Assembly: GCA_951406725.2 (NCBI GenBank)
Contig: OX597838.1
Coordinates: 24,986,001-25,050,000 of the forward strand
Length of the DNA stretch: 64,000 nt
Direction of reading: 5' to 3'
Source: Octopus vulgaris
Taxonomy: Eukaryota
Made by a program: the position numbers and the translations under genes. Below, one piece after another: positions 40,466-54,267 of this stretch. The stretch's first letter is position 1. Each line of letters begins with the position of its first letter. The notes under the pieces were generated by a model. It did no database searches. It had not been told where the DNA came from and was given only the letters and a program-made list of their open reading frames with translations.

Positions 40466-40828
40466 CTAAGTTACGGGGATGTAAACACACCAACACAATG
40501 GGCTAGATGGTTTGACTGGAGCTGGTAAGCTGGAAAGCTGCACCAGGTTCCAAGATGTTTTGGCTTGTTTCGCACAGATGGATGCCCTTCCTAATGCCGA
40601 CCAAGATACTAGGTATCTTTTACATGTCTGGTGCACGGGTGCTTTTAAATAAGTTACGGGGATGTAAACACACCAACACCATGGGCTAGGTGGTTTGACT
40701 GGAGCTGGTAAGCTAGAACACTGCACCAGGTTCCAAGATGTTTTGGCTTGTTTCGCACAGATGGATGCCCTTCCTAATGCCGACCAAGATACCAGGTATC
40801 TTTTACATGTCTGGTGCACGGGTGCCTT
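40466..40828. repeat. Tandem duplication, unit about 183 bp (family A piece fused to decayed family C)
   Basis: TAAGTTACGGGGATGTAAAC restarts at about 40467 and 40650. Confidence 0.9.
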
Positions 40829-40849
40829 TAACGTATCACTAAAAGGGGT

Positions 40850-41440
40850 GGGAGTAAAGGGACTGGGAAACGACTCCTAGTAATTTCATATTCCTGAAAA
40901 GACAACAAGAAAAAGACAAGTACAAGGGACATGGAATGTGCATGGGTGTCGTACAAGGGAGCTAAAGAGGAGAGAAATAGGGAGTGTGATGATGAGGAGA
41001 AGGATGGATGTGCTGGCACTGAGTGAAGGCAGTAGAAGCAGGGGCAGACCTTGGTTTGTGTGGATGGATGGAGTGAGGAAAGCTTTAGTGGTTAGAGGTG
41101 CCGGAGATAAAGAGAGAGGCAAGAGAGTTTATAAACGATAGGAAAGCTTGGAGAGTGTTTGTGGATGGATGGATGAATGAATTTGATGTTGCTCAAAGGG
41201 GTAAGGTACCAGCACGATGCTGCAGGGGTAAACCAGCATATGCTGTCGGGCCCCACTGCTGATATTGGGGGTTGTGCTCTATGCCTTGACCCGAGCAGAG
41301 AACGGGGCTCACCTCTTTGAGCTGGGAAATGAATGGAATGCCTGGTGTATGTCTTGTTGTGGCAACCCCACTCCTAAAAAAAATGGGGAATAGGCCTGTG
41401 ACTGAGAGGGCAAGAGTAACCCCTAGATAAGTCTGCCATG
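40850..41440 (+). mobile_element. Internally deleted RTE-clade element (APE N-terminus joined to ORF C-terminus)
   Basis: GTWNVHG...DVLALSE|GSRSRGRPWFVWMDGVRKAL.../EAREFINDRKAWRVFV; outer boundaries uncertain. Confidence 0.8.
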
Positions 41441-42239
41441 GGGTTAAGCCCCCTCACTCCACCCCCCCCACCACACCGAATATTACTGGTGCTCGTTTTC
41501 AACAAGATGGACCTAAGCAACATGGAGTGAAGTGTTTTGCCCAAGGAAATGACAGTGCTTGGTATGAGAATCAGACAAAACGATCTTAAGAACATGAAGT
41601 CAGTATCCTGAACACAGGAACACGCGACCATACTTAACATAGCAGGCATTAGTGCGTTAATGGGACACAATGTATTGTCCTTTGTTGCAGTGGATTTCAA
41701 AATTCCACCAGCACTATCAATGCCGCCATCATCACCACCACTCTCACCACTGCCAATAATACCAACCCCACTACCATCACCACCACCACTGTTGCTACTG
41801 CAGATGCTGCTACCACCACTATTGTTACCACTACTACTGCTACTACCACCAACAACACCAGCAGTGCTGCTGCCACAACCACCACCACTGCCGCTACCAT
41901 TACTGTCACCACTATTTCTGCCACAACTACCACTTTCACCATAATCACCAGTACCCCACCACAACCAACACCACCCTCACCATTATCACCAACACCACCA
42001 TTACCATTATCACCACCACCATCAACACCACAACCATCACCACCACCCCACACCACTATAATCACTACTACCCCCACCCCCACCCTCACCATTATCACCA
42101 CTACTACCACCACCACCACCATCACAACCATTAACACCAACACATGTATAAAACAAAAGTTAATTCATGATGATGATGTGCACATTGTTGTCTGCATATG
42201 ATAGGAGTGTCAGGATATTGAAGTTGAAAAAATAAATAA

Positions 42240-42299
<60 letters not shown>

Positions 42300-43099
42300 A
42301 ATAAATAAAAATAAATAAATAAAACAACAAAGCTCAAGGGCTTCTTGAATCATGCCATTGTGGTTTCCCAGCTGAATACAAGAGTTCCAGTGTGAGAGTC
42401 CACCAACAGAGAATGGCAAAAAAAAAAAGAATAGAAACAAGGAGACAGTTGGAGTGATGTTAAGCTTATTCTAAACAAAACTGTGATGTCATTCATAGAT
42501 CAAAACGAAAGATTCAGGGACATGGATTTTAGAAGGGATGAAAGATAAATCCGCCATCACCATCATCATGATTATTACCATCACCGTCGGCATTACCCCA
42601 CCTGTGAAAATCATGCCAAAACTGACCTTGCTTACATTGGGGCCATGTAAAAAGCACTAGTCCATTCTGTGGGGTCCTTGGTGTTAGGAATGGCGTCCAG
42701 CCATAAAAACCCTGCCAAAACAGACACAGTAGCCTGGGGGTATTCTTCTACCTGACTGGCTCCTGTCAACCGTCCAACCCATGCATGGAAGATGACCATT
42801 TAGTGATAATGATGAAGATACGTGTGTTCAACCCATGCTAGCATGAAAAACGGACGTTAGAGAAGGATGATGATGACATATATACGTTATTTGTATGTTT
42901 ATGTATCTATGGATTTAAGAGGCCTTTGTTGGTGTCCAGAGGCATTTGTAAATAAATGAATAAAAGATTACTTGTCCATAAAAATCAAACACTTTCTGTC
43001 ACTTGAATATTTATATTTTTTTCCCTCAACTCACTTTCATGTCATTTGTGCAAATCAATGCATTCTGCTCTTGTTTTTGCATATATCTAAGTTTCTCAT

Positions 43100-43605
43100 T
43101 CTACTGGAGACGAAATATGGCAGCTACTATGCTGATGAAATCAACTGAGATAGGAACAATGCTAGCATGGGTTACCCCACCCCCACACTCGATTTGCCAT
43201 GCTGGACCACTGAAATCTACAAGCTTTTTTCATTCTCTCTCTGTTTATTTCTTCTTATTCCTTTCTGTTGAAGAGCATAGGCTTGAAACATAAAAGACCT
43301 TTGCATTTTTCCCAAGCATCAAAATAACACGCTTGTTGTTCATACACCTGTGTTCATCTTTTGTTTTTCTCTAAACTTCAACTATATATGTATATATGTG
43401 ACCTCGTGTGTACCGTTGGCGATTTTTTTTCCTCTGTCTTCCCTTCTCTGGATCTTTCCTTCTCCTATGTTTCCGATGAAGAGCTTCGCTCAAAACGTTA
43501 GACCCTCCTTCTTTCCTTTTTTCCTGAGCGTCCAATAATACTATATTTGTTCCACGTCCTCGCGTTGTTGTGTTTTTTTGTGCTTTCTTGTATGGATTAA
43601 CTTTA
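43100..43605 (+). mobile_element. Cluster of Penelope-like terminal fragments with up to three hammerhead-like motifs
   Basis: Motifs at about 43127-43170, 43261-43296 and 43469-43503; 43397-43605 matches 56247-56455. Confidence 0.65.
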
Positions 43606-43611
43606 TATATA

Positions 43612-43676
<65 letters not shown>

Positions 43677-44177
43677 TGTATGTATGTATGTATGTATGTA
43701 TGTATGTATGTATGTATGTATGTATGCATGTATGTATATGTGTCTGTATATATATTGTCTACTTTAGAAATGGTTCCTATGGTTTGAGGCTCTTCTCAAT
43801 GCCAACTATCTTACAGCAAGTACCAGATGTGTTTTTTTATGCCATAATCACTAGTGAAGTTATCCTGAAGCTTGCATGATGATAAACCAAGAGCAACAGC
43901 TTTGTGCTGGGAGATGAAGGGTTAAAACATGGAGCATGAAGCCAGGACAGAACAGGCTTTTTGCTGTACAGGAGCTACAAGGTTACGTACGTACATACAC
44001 ATACATGGTGGTTGTCTATTCCTTATGCAGAGTCTGACCACCTCTACCTACACCTTAGATCCATCTGATTGATATCTGATGTGGGTTTTTTTAAACCAAT
44101 GTACTGAAAAGACACCCAAATAGATAGCGTATCTGATTTGGACCACCAAGAGCTGCATACATACATTACATACATCC

Positions 44178-44515
44178 ATCATCATCACCATGAAATGTCC
44201 GTTTTCCATGCTAGCATGGGAAGGAGGGTTTAACTGGTAAGGCCTGGGGCTGCACCAGACTCCATTGTCTGTTCTGACATGGTTTCTATGACTAGATGCT
44301 CTTCCTAAAGCCAACCACTCCACAGAGTGTACCAGGTGCTTTTTATGTGGCACCAGTATCAATTCTACTGTAGCAGATGGATCTTCTTGAGTACAAAAAG
44401 GTGCCAGATATCTCGGTCCTCTGTCATCTGCTTCAAAAGGCTTAGTGTCTTGAGATCAGCCTTCAATACTTCATACCATGTCTTCCTGGATCTTTCTCTT
44501 CCACATGTTCTATCC
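44178..44515 (-). mobile_element. RTE ORF C-terminus contiguous with family C 3' UTR
   Basis: CGRERSRKTWYEVLKADLKTLSLLKQMTEDRDIW, then family C motifs and (GAT)n tail. Confidence 0.85.
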
Positions 44516-45478
44516 AAATATATATTTATATATAGACACGTACACACACATGTTAGTGGGAATATATTTCTAATATATTCTAATTTCTAAAGATGTGCTG
44601 GTGGAACATAAAAAACTCCATTCAAGCGTGGTCGTTGCCAGTGCTGCCTGACTGACTCCTGGTGGCATGTTAAAAGCACCATTCAAGCCTGGTCATTGCC
44701 AGTGCTGCCTGACTGGTCCTCATGCCGGTGGCATGTAAAAAAGCACCCACTAAACTCTCAGAGTGGTTGGCATTAGGAAAGGCATCCATCCAGCTGTAAA
44801 AACTTTGCCAGATCAGATTGGAGCCTGCCAGTCCTCAATCATACCTTCCAACCCATGCCAGCATGGAAAGCAGATGTTAAAAACGATGATGACGATGATG
44901 AATGTCAATGCAGTTAGCTGTGGAGAAAAATTCTCACTTACAGTAAAGGTTTAAATACACCTCTATCAGCTCAGTGGCATCCTCTTTTGGATCCCTAGCA
45001 GAATTAATATCTCATTGATAGGGGATATCAATAAAAGATGACCAAGAGCTGACTGAAAAGCTATGACTTTATAGTCAAAAAGTCAATGTTAGTGACTAAT
45101 TTGCACCTGTTGACAGGTAGAGGTGTGTGGCTCAGTGGTTAGGGTGTTGGGCTCGTGATTGTAAGGTTGTGGGTTTAATTCCTGGACCAGGCATTGTGTT
45201 GTGTTCTTGAGCAAAACACTTCATTTCATGTTGCTCCAGTTCACTCAGCAAAAATGAGTAACCCTATGATGGCTTGGCATCCTGTCCAGATGAGGAACTT
45301 ATATGTCATGCAATCCAGGAAACTGGCCCTTACGAATCTGACCTGATTCAAGAAGATGAGGCAACTTTACTTGTTGACTGCCAACTCACAACAAATACAT
45401 AAGTAGCAATGTGAAGCGATGAGGAGAAACCAACTTTAGATATATTGGATGACCTGGGGGCCAAAAGCACACTAGAAG

Positions 45479-45510
<32 letters not shown>

Positions 45511-45620
45511 ATATATATATATGAATATATATTTGCACACACACACACATATATATCTATCTATGTCTATCTATCTATATATATCTATATCTATCTATAT
45601 GCACACACACACACGCATGA

Positions 45621-45685
<65 letters not shown>

Positions 45686-47623
45686 TATATAGATATAGTG
45701 TGTGTGTGTCAGTGTGTGTGTGTGTGTCAGTGTGTGTGTGTCAGTGTGTGTGTGTGTCAGTGTGTGTGTGTGTCAGTGTGTGTTCATTTTAAAGTAGATG
45801 CCTCTCTTTGCTGTCACTACTCTGAATTTCCAACCTTGAAGTAAGAGAGATCATTAATATTTGGCAAACGACACTAGGAAGTAATAAATCTTGTATTATG
45901 CCACCATATTTTAGTAATTGTGTCGACACACAGACATCAATCATCTGATACAAAAACACACTTCTGTATTGGGGTGACAGTAAAAGAGTTAGTCAGACAT
46001 TATTTTTAGAACCGGTGATTATGGCATCGAATAGCAATAAGACTAAATGCTTTTTGATTCTCACCTAAATTTTTCTAAATAGTTTCTTCAGTTGCCTTGT
46101 TTGTGAGTTTTGTAGGTTATGTTTTGAAACAAGATAGTCCAGTATTTGGAGCTGTTTTTTTTTTTTTTTAATGGTGCTTAATTCAAAAAATGTGGAGGCA
46201 CAATGGCCCAGTGGTTAGGGCAGCGGACTCGCGGTCGGAGGATCGTGGTTTCGATTCCTAGACCAGGTGTTGTGTGTGTTTATTGAGCGAAAATACCTAA
46301 AAGCTCCACAAAGCTCCAGCAGGGGGTGTTGGTGACCCCTGTGGTACTCTTTCACCACAACTTTCTCTCACTCTCTCTTCCTGTTTCTTGAGTAATGCTG
46401 CGATGGACTGGTGTCCTGTCCAGCTGGGGGGAACACATACGCCATAGAAACTGGGAAACTGGGCCCATGAGCGTAGCTAGGCTTGAAAAGGGTGAAAGAA
46501 AAAGAAGAATTCAAAGAATACAACAAAGCATCAATAGCAAAGTTAAGTTTGGCAGAGTGTGTTAGAGCATCAAATAAATTGTTTTGCAGTATTTATCCTG
46601 AATCTCAAAGTGCTGGGTTCAAATCTTGCCAAGGTCAATGTGGCCTTGCACCTTTTCAGTATTTATACGTAAAATAGCATGAAGTTGGTGGTTCAGAAGT
46701 CTGCTTCTCAACCACATGGTTCCTGGTTCAGTCCCAATGCATGGCACCTTGGGTAGGTGTCTTCTACTTTACTGACCAAAAGCCTTGTGAGTGAATTTGT
46801 TATGCAGAAACTGTGTGGAAGTCCACTGTGCACATACACGTGTGTGTTTGTGTCACCACCACCACCACCAAAACCCCCACCACCACCAAGACACTACCAC
46901 CACTACCACCATGTGATGACCAGTGTTAGTTTGTTTATGTCCCTATAACTTAACAGTTCATCCAAAAATACTGACAGAATAAGTTCCAAAATTAATAAAA
47001 CAAGTCCTGCGTTTAATCTGTTTGACTAAACCCTTCAAACCAGTGACCCAGCATGGCCACACACAATCTAATGACTGACACAAATTAAAGATATGAGTGT
47101 GAATGTGTGTTTGTGTGTAGTTGTGTGTGTAAACACACATACACACACACACACACACACATTGATGTCTGATTCTATATTCAGTTATAATAAAAACAAT
47201 TTTTCTTTAATCAGAGGGATTACTTTTGTAGATTACAAATGTATTATTCTTATACACGAATGTTGTTGACAGTGACTTCGAAGTTTCAACCAGCTAAGCC
47301 CATTGTTAGAATATCTGACAATAGCTTTGCTGGCCAAAACTTTGAAGTCACTGTCGACAACATTCCTCTTTAAGAATAATATATGAAAAGTTTTATCATC
47401 ACTAATTGTGACCACGGGTGCCCCGTATTACAAGAAATAAGAGTCAAAAACTCTTAATGCTATAAGAAGGACACAATATATATACACTAACTGTGCGCTT
47501 CTGACAGAATTAAGAGGTTTTAACTCTTATTTCTTGAAGTACAGGTACTTCAGCATCCTCCATCACAATTAGTGTCAATAAAAAATTTCCTTTATGGCAT
47601 TATATGCCGCCTAACTGTTTACA

Positions 47624-47706
<83 letters not shown>

Positions 47707-47708
<2 letters not shown>

Positions 47709-48018
47709 AGACCCCCTTTGGTCATGGATGACCATGGGATCTGCTCCTAGAAAGTTACCCTCCCAGGCACAAGTCCAGGCAAGGGTGTTTATGGAAGACC
47801 CATGCATGCCGGCCTCCTCTCTCCACGCCACCAGTGTTATCCAAGAGAAAGGCAAAGGCGATACAGCTTGGCACCTGTGACATCGCAACTCATTTCTACA
47901 GCTGAGTGTACTGGAGCAATGAGAAATATAGTGTCTTGCTCAAGAACACAACACATAGCCCGGTCCGGGATTCAAACTCACAACCTCGCGATCGTAAGCT
48001 CAACGCTCTAACCACTGA
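47707..48018 (-). mobile_element. tRNA-derived SINE family G with CORE-like central block
   Basis: Minus strand TCAGTGGTTAGAGCG..GAGTTTGAATCCCGG..TCTTGAGCAAGACACT..TTGCTCCAGT.CACTCAGCTG. Confidence 0.75.
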
Positions 48019-49384
48019 TGTATATATTACATCATATGTAATCAAACCTAAGTTTGTTTTTGAAGCACTGAAACGTATTGTAGCACAAGTAGAAAGATAT
48101 ATTTTTTGAACGCGTAAAATACTGATATAACAGTATATATGGGATAATATCCCTTACAGAGCAGAAAAATTTGTCAGTAACCAGCATCTTGCAGCTCATC
48201 TGCGATGGACCGCCGTCCCATCCAGGTGGGGAACCTATACGCCAAGGAAACCAGGAAAACCGGCCCTATTAGCCAGGCATGGCTCGAGAAGGACAAACAA
48301 CAACATACAATCATGAAGAAACAAATATCTAAGATAGGCGTGGCTGTGTGAAGCTCACTTCACCACCAGAGGTCTGGGTTCAGTCCCACTGTATGACACC
48401 TCGGGCAAGTACTTTCTACTATAACTCCATGTCAACCAATGTCTTATGAGGGGATTTGGTACATTGAAACTGTGTGGAAGCCCATGGTCCATATAATTTA
48501 CATATGTGCCTGTGTTTAGTTCCAACTGCCACCACTTGACAACTGGTGTTGGTTTGTTTATGTCTCCATAACAAAAGAAAATGTTAGAATAAATACCAAG
48601 CTAAATGATAATGAAAATAAAGTCCTGGGGATGATTTGTTCAACAAAAACCCTTCAAGGTGGTGCTCCAGCATGGCTGCAATCCAATGACTGAAACAAGT
48701 ACAAGATAAAAGATAAAATATATATGGACCCTCTCATACAATGAATGTTCCAATCATTTCCTCAACACAACTATATAATCATTGAATTATAATGTAAGTG
48801 GCCGAGTATTCCACATAGACGTAATCCTCTAGTAGGGCTAGGTACAGTCTGAGTTGCTACACAGTCTTCTGTCAACCCAATTTCATTCACAACACTTTGA
48901 TCAATATACTGCAGTTGTAGAAGACACTTGGTGCAGTATGCCAAAGAGGAAGATCGAACTCAGAACTTCGAGTCTGAAACGAACCTTTGTAATTATCTAA
49001 CAACGAAACTATTCTTTAAAGAAGTGGTCTACAACTTTTGCACTACAGTCCCGTGTTGTGCAAAACAATTTTTCTAAGGACTATGGGATCACACACTTAA
49101 CACAATAAAGGGAGCTGGTGACACATAAAAGGCAGCCGTACCAGTGACACGTAGAAGACACCCAGGGCACTGTGGAGTGGTTGGCATTAGGAAGGGCATC
49201 CGGTTGTAGAAACCAAATTAAAACAGATGACTGGAGCTTAGTGCAGCACTTCAGCTTACGAGCTCTGGTGAAACCGTCTTGCCCATGCTAGCACGGAAAA
49301 CGGACGCTAAATGATGATGATATGATGATGATGATATATAATATATAGAATATATATATACAACGTTAAATGTTATAACACATA

Positions 49385-49549
49385 GGCGCAGGAGTAGCTG
49401 TGTGGTAAGTAGCTTGTTTACCAACCACATGGTTCTAGGTTCAGTCCCACTGCATGGCACCTTGGGCAAGTGTCTTCTACAATAGCCTCGGGCCGACCAA
49501 AGCCTTGTGAGTGGATTTGGTAGACGGAAACTGAAAGAAGCCCGTCGTA

Positions 49550-49599
<50 letters not shown>

Positions 49600-49812
49600 T
49601 GTGTGTGTTTGTGTGTCTGTGTTTGTCCCCCTAGCATTGCTTGACAACCGATGCTGGTGTGTTTATGTCCCCGTTACTTAGCGGTTCGGCAAAAGAAACC
49701 GATAGAATAAGTACTGGGCTTACAAAAGAATAAGTCCCGAGTCGCTCGATTAAAGGCGGTGCTCCAGCATGGCCGCAGTCAAATGACTGAAACAAGTAAA
49801 AGAGTAAAAGAA
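49385..49812 (+). mobile_element. Family A SINE, full length (older copies at 46680-47090, 48336-48720)
   Basis: Matches the consensus. Confidence 0.92.
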
Positions 49813-50640
49813 AATATATAATGCAAATACATCCAACAAATTACGATGGTCAGTAAAATACAAATAAAATTTTTAAAATTCATTCTTTCTCTGTGGCCCG
49901 GTGATTGAGACCTTTAGATTACAGAATCATTTACATTCAGAAAGTTTGGTCAGTTCGTACGCCTTGGGGAGACAAGAACACTGACAGAAAAAAAAAATGA
50001 TATTTGATTTCAATTTCTTTTTCCTTTTCACTGGGTACGATGATGTCGTTGTCTATTAACTGAGGATGGAATGGGAAGCAGTGTTGTTCATGCCTCTCCT
50101 CCAAAGGGTAATTAAAAGCAAAGTCAAAGGCAACGGTTACAGAATCGTAGATCGTTCAATATAACTGTCTTCGGGAAATTCACGTTAACTTTGAAACTAT
50201 ATAACTGAAGGGAGGTAACTCTAAATGGACTACTCTAAAGTCACATGCATTATCGTTCTTAGACGGAAGATATCGCGTTACAATTTTAAGCATCATGAAG
50301 AGTTAGTACGCTTACATACAAACGTATACCATTTACATAATATATATATATATATACATACAGTAATTCCTCGACTATCGCGGTGTTACATTTCAAAACC
50401 TCCCGCGACAGGTGAAAATCTGCGAAGTACATACAGTACTGTACTGTATATATTTTAAAATTATTCTATAATTTATATATATTTACTTTAATCAAAAATG
50501 CAAAACAACACCACAGAGGAATCGACGCAAGCTTAAGTAATTAACCGCGATATGGCGAGGGATTACAGTGTGTGTGTGTGTACATACGTTTCTGAATTTG
50601 TGTTGCGAGATTCCTGATGCGAACCCGTGTGTTGAAACAG

Positions 50641-50885
50641 ATATTGTTGTATTTCGGGACGGTTTTTTTTAAAAATGAAATAAACACACGTACTATATGT
50701 TCGTTCTTCACTCAATTATTACTTATTCCAATAAGCGGAGCAAGAGCCCACGACAAGATGGAAAGTGTTGCTGAAGAGGTCACAGATGTGTGACGAAAGA
50801 TTTCCGGGCAATGGACACGATTGTTAGAATAAGAACATGTATTTATTTGGGGGGGGAAAATGACCGTCCCGAAATATAACAATAT
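50641..50885. mobile_element. Segment bounded by 23-bp inverted repeats and carrying a hammerhead-like core
   Basis: ATATTGTTGTATTTCGGGACGGT / ACCGTCCCGAAATATAACAATAT; CTGAAGA-G-GTCACA-GATG-TGTGAC-GAAA at 50771-50798. Confidence 0.65.
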
Positions 50886-50963
50886 GGGGAAGGCCGGTTT
50901 ATGGGATTACCTTAGGTTTCCCATTCATAAAGGGTTTAGCTTTGTGGCGTATAGTCATATACA

Positions 50964-51010
<47 letters not shown>

Positions 51011-51594
51011 TCATACATGTATGAGCACACGTCTTTTTATTTACAGTGTCGAAGCTGATTAAGCATCAGATTTAACTCCTGTGATAATCACATGTGACGA
51101 TGCAAGACAACGTGAGCTCCAAAAACAGTGGAGAGGGAAGAGAGTGGAGGGAGAAAGAAGTCGAAGGCCAAGGTTTGGGCATTTTCTTTAGCAAAGACAA
51201 TCTGTAACATATCAGCTGCCTCGCGATCTCCACTTGGTCAAACGGCAGCACTCCCGAGACAATTGGAGCAATCGTTCCAACGTCGGAGTTGTTGAAACTA
51301 CGTGACCTACTTCCGCTTGTTATGTCGGACTTTGGACTTGATAATAATCCTGGCTTTGCATACGACAGGCGTTGGCGACAGCTGTCCTAGATGTCACGCC
51401 GAGTCTCCAAAGGAAAACGGGAGTCTTTTACTGACTGATTCCAAGGAGTTGCCCCTGTCGGGCTCAGATACACGCACAGAAATTCGTACACAGAGACAGG
51501 AACATACGCATGCACACAGCTGCGCATATACATATTTAAGCGTACAGACACACACATGCACGGAAAATACGCACATATATACATATTTTACGAA

Positions 51595-51653
<59 letters not shown>

Positions 51654-51827
51654 GAATTTGAGGTAAAACATTTTACCTTCGCCCATATAATACAATAAAT
51701 GAATTAATTGCATTGCAATTCTTAGCATTTATGTATTAGCCTTTCTGGGTACTTTACTGGCAGTATATTGGGTAAATGATATCCCATAGTGGGTTACACT
51801 CATAACCCCTATCTCACTTTGTACTTT

Positions 51828-51894
<67 letters not shown>

Positions 51895-52144
51895 TTACAC
51901 CTATATACATATATAGAGTTTATGCATATTCATACACACAAAAATAGTTAAATATCCGGGAACACATAGTACAGTTGCTTATATGTTAATGTTTGTACAT
52001 TTATGTTTATGCACAAACACACATTGACACATGTCTATACATAATACACATACAGACGTGTGTCTGTATATATACATATAAATATATATAGACGCACACA
52101 CACACAAATTGATACATACGTAGTTATGTAAATACACACATATA

Positions 52145-52700
52145 TTGGGTTATCCCATAAATAATGCGTTTTTTTTTTCAGTTGCTTGAACTAAAAGTCA
52201 GAGGGAGACGGGATAAACTACCTGCATCAACTTGCTATAAAAGCATGTAGTAATGTTACCTTAAATCTTATTCATAGTGCAAGTTTCGGAGAGTGGAGTG
52301 CAGTTCAATATTAAAATTTATTTTTTCAAAGCTATAATGGAAGTGACAAAGGGGCATATTCGGCATATTTCGCCTTATGAATTCAATAAAGGCAACAACG
52401 CAACGAAAATTCGAGGAATATTAATGCAGCATATGGGGACCGTGCAATAAGTGTAAGCCAGTGTCAATGGTAGCTCCAGAAACTCCGAGCCGGGAACTGC
52501 AGCCTAAGAAGATCTTTAGCGCTCGACGGAGACGTCCTGTAAACCCAGGTGGAACAAAATCCCATTGTAATTGTTGAGGAAGTAGTAGAGAAGACCATTG
52601 TAGAGTATATTTTCGATTAAAAAAGAACTTTGCTTATCTTAATTTTGAAAAATAAAGGAAATATATAATAAAACCCAGCATTATTTATGGGATGACCTAA
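52145..52700 (+). mobile_element. Internally deleted mariner element with transposase N-terminal pseudogene
   Basis: TA-flanked TIRs TTGGGTTATCCCATAAATAATGC / GCATTATTTATGGGATGACCTAA; from ATG 52337 MEVTKGHIRHISPYEFNKGNNATK/RNINAAYGDRAISVSQCQW*LQKLRAGN, like the Hsmar1/Mos1 HTH. Confidence 0.92.
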
Positions 52701-53071
52701 TAGATAGATAAATATTTACACGCACTCACACACACGTATATATAAATATTTACACATTCGTTTATGCACACACAAACATTTATACGTAATAGAGACATAT
52801 AAATAACACATCTATGCGCAAACACGCACACATACACGTGCATAATACACACAGACATATTTAAGCAGACAAACCTATATAAGTATCTGTGCATCAATAT
52901 ATGCACAGATACACACACACACACACAATACACACATATATACAAATTGAAGCATCAATATATGCACACACACACACACAATACACAAATATATACAAAT
53001 TGAAGCAGAAACACACATCTCTATACATATTTATGCATACACACATGCGCATATATACATCCATACTTAAT

Positions 53072-53277
<206 letters not shown>

Positions 53278-53326
53278 GATATACATATACATATATAGAT
53301 ATACATATACATATATAGATATACAT

Positions 53327-53382
<56 letters not shown>

Positions 53383-53629
53383 GTGTATGTATATCTATAT
53401 ATCTATATATATATTCATGCTTATTTTATTGATCCCAGAGGGAGAAATGGTAAAGAGAGCGTCAACAGCACTTGAACACAGAACAGATCATAAAAACGAA
53501 TGTATTAAAATCTAGCAATCATTTAAGACATATGCTTCTCTGCTTCTGCTAATTAACATGCTCTCTCTTTTTCTCTCTCTCTCACACACACACACACACA
53601 CGCACGCACGCACGCACGCATACATACAT

Positions 53630-53669
<40 letters not shown>

Positions 53670-53899
53670 ACATACATGCATGCATGCATACATACATACA
53701 TACATACATACATACATACATACATACATACATACATACATACATACATGCATGCAGGTAGTCCCTTTCACACACATATACAAGCACTCACTCATTCACA
53801 TAGACAAGCACACACTCAAACATGCACTTGAGCACAGCCGGCAGATGAAAGAAGATGAATTACTAAAACGTAAATTAGTAAGAATTTATTAACAAGGCT

Positions 53900-53936
<37 letters not shown>

Positions 53937-54089
53937 CATATATATATATGGATAGACAAACACACACATATACATATGTCCATACATACCTATACATTAT
54001 CCATTCACCTCCACCCCATACATATAATCTATGTATATCTATCTATCTATCTATATATATATATGTTTGTGTATATATATGTGTATATA

Positions 54090-54141
<52 letters not shown>

Positions 54142-54235
54142 TGTGTATATATACATGTGTGTGTCTCTGTGCGTGTGTATATCATATATACATATATATG
54201 TATGCATTTATGTATGTGCATGTGTATGTTGTATG

Positions 54236-54267
<32 letters not shown>

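Noticed and set aside
46195-46275. tRNA gene (also the heads of families A, B, G)
   Set aside because: A/B boxes are present but there is no complete acceptor stem, and each continues into a SINE body
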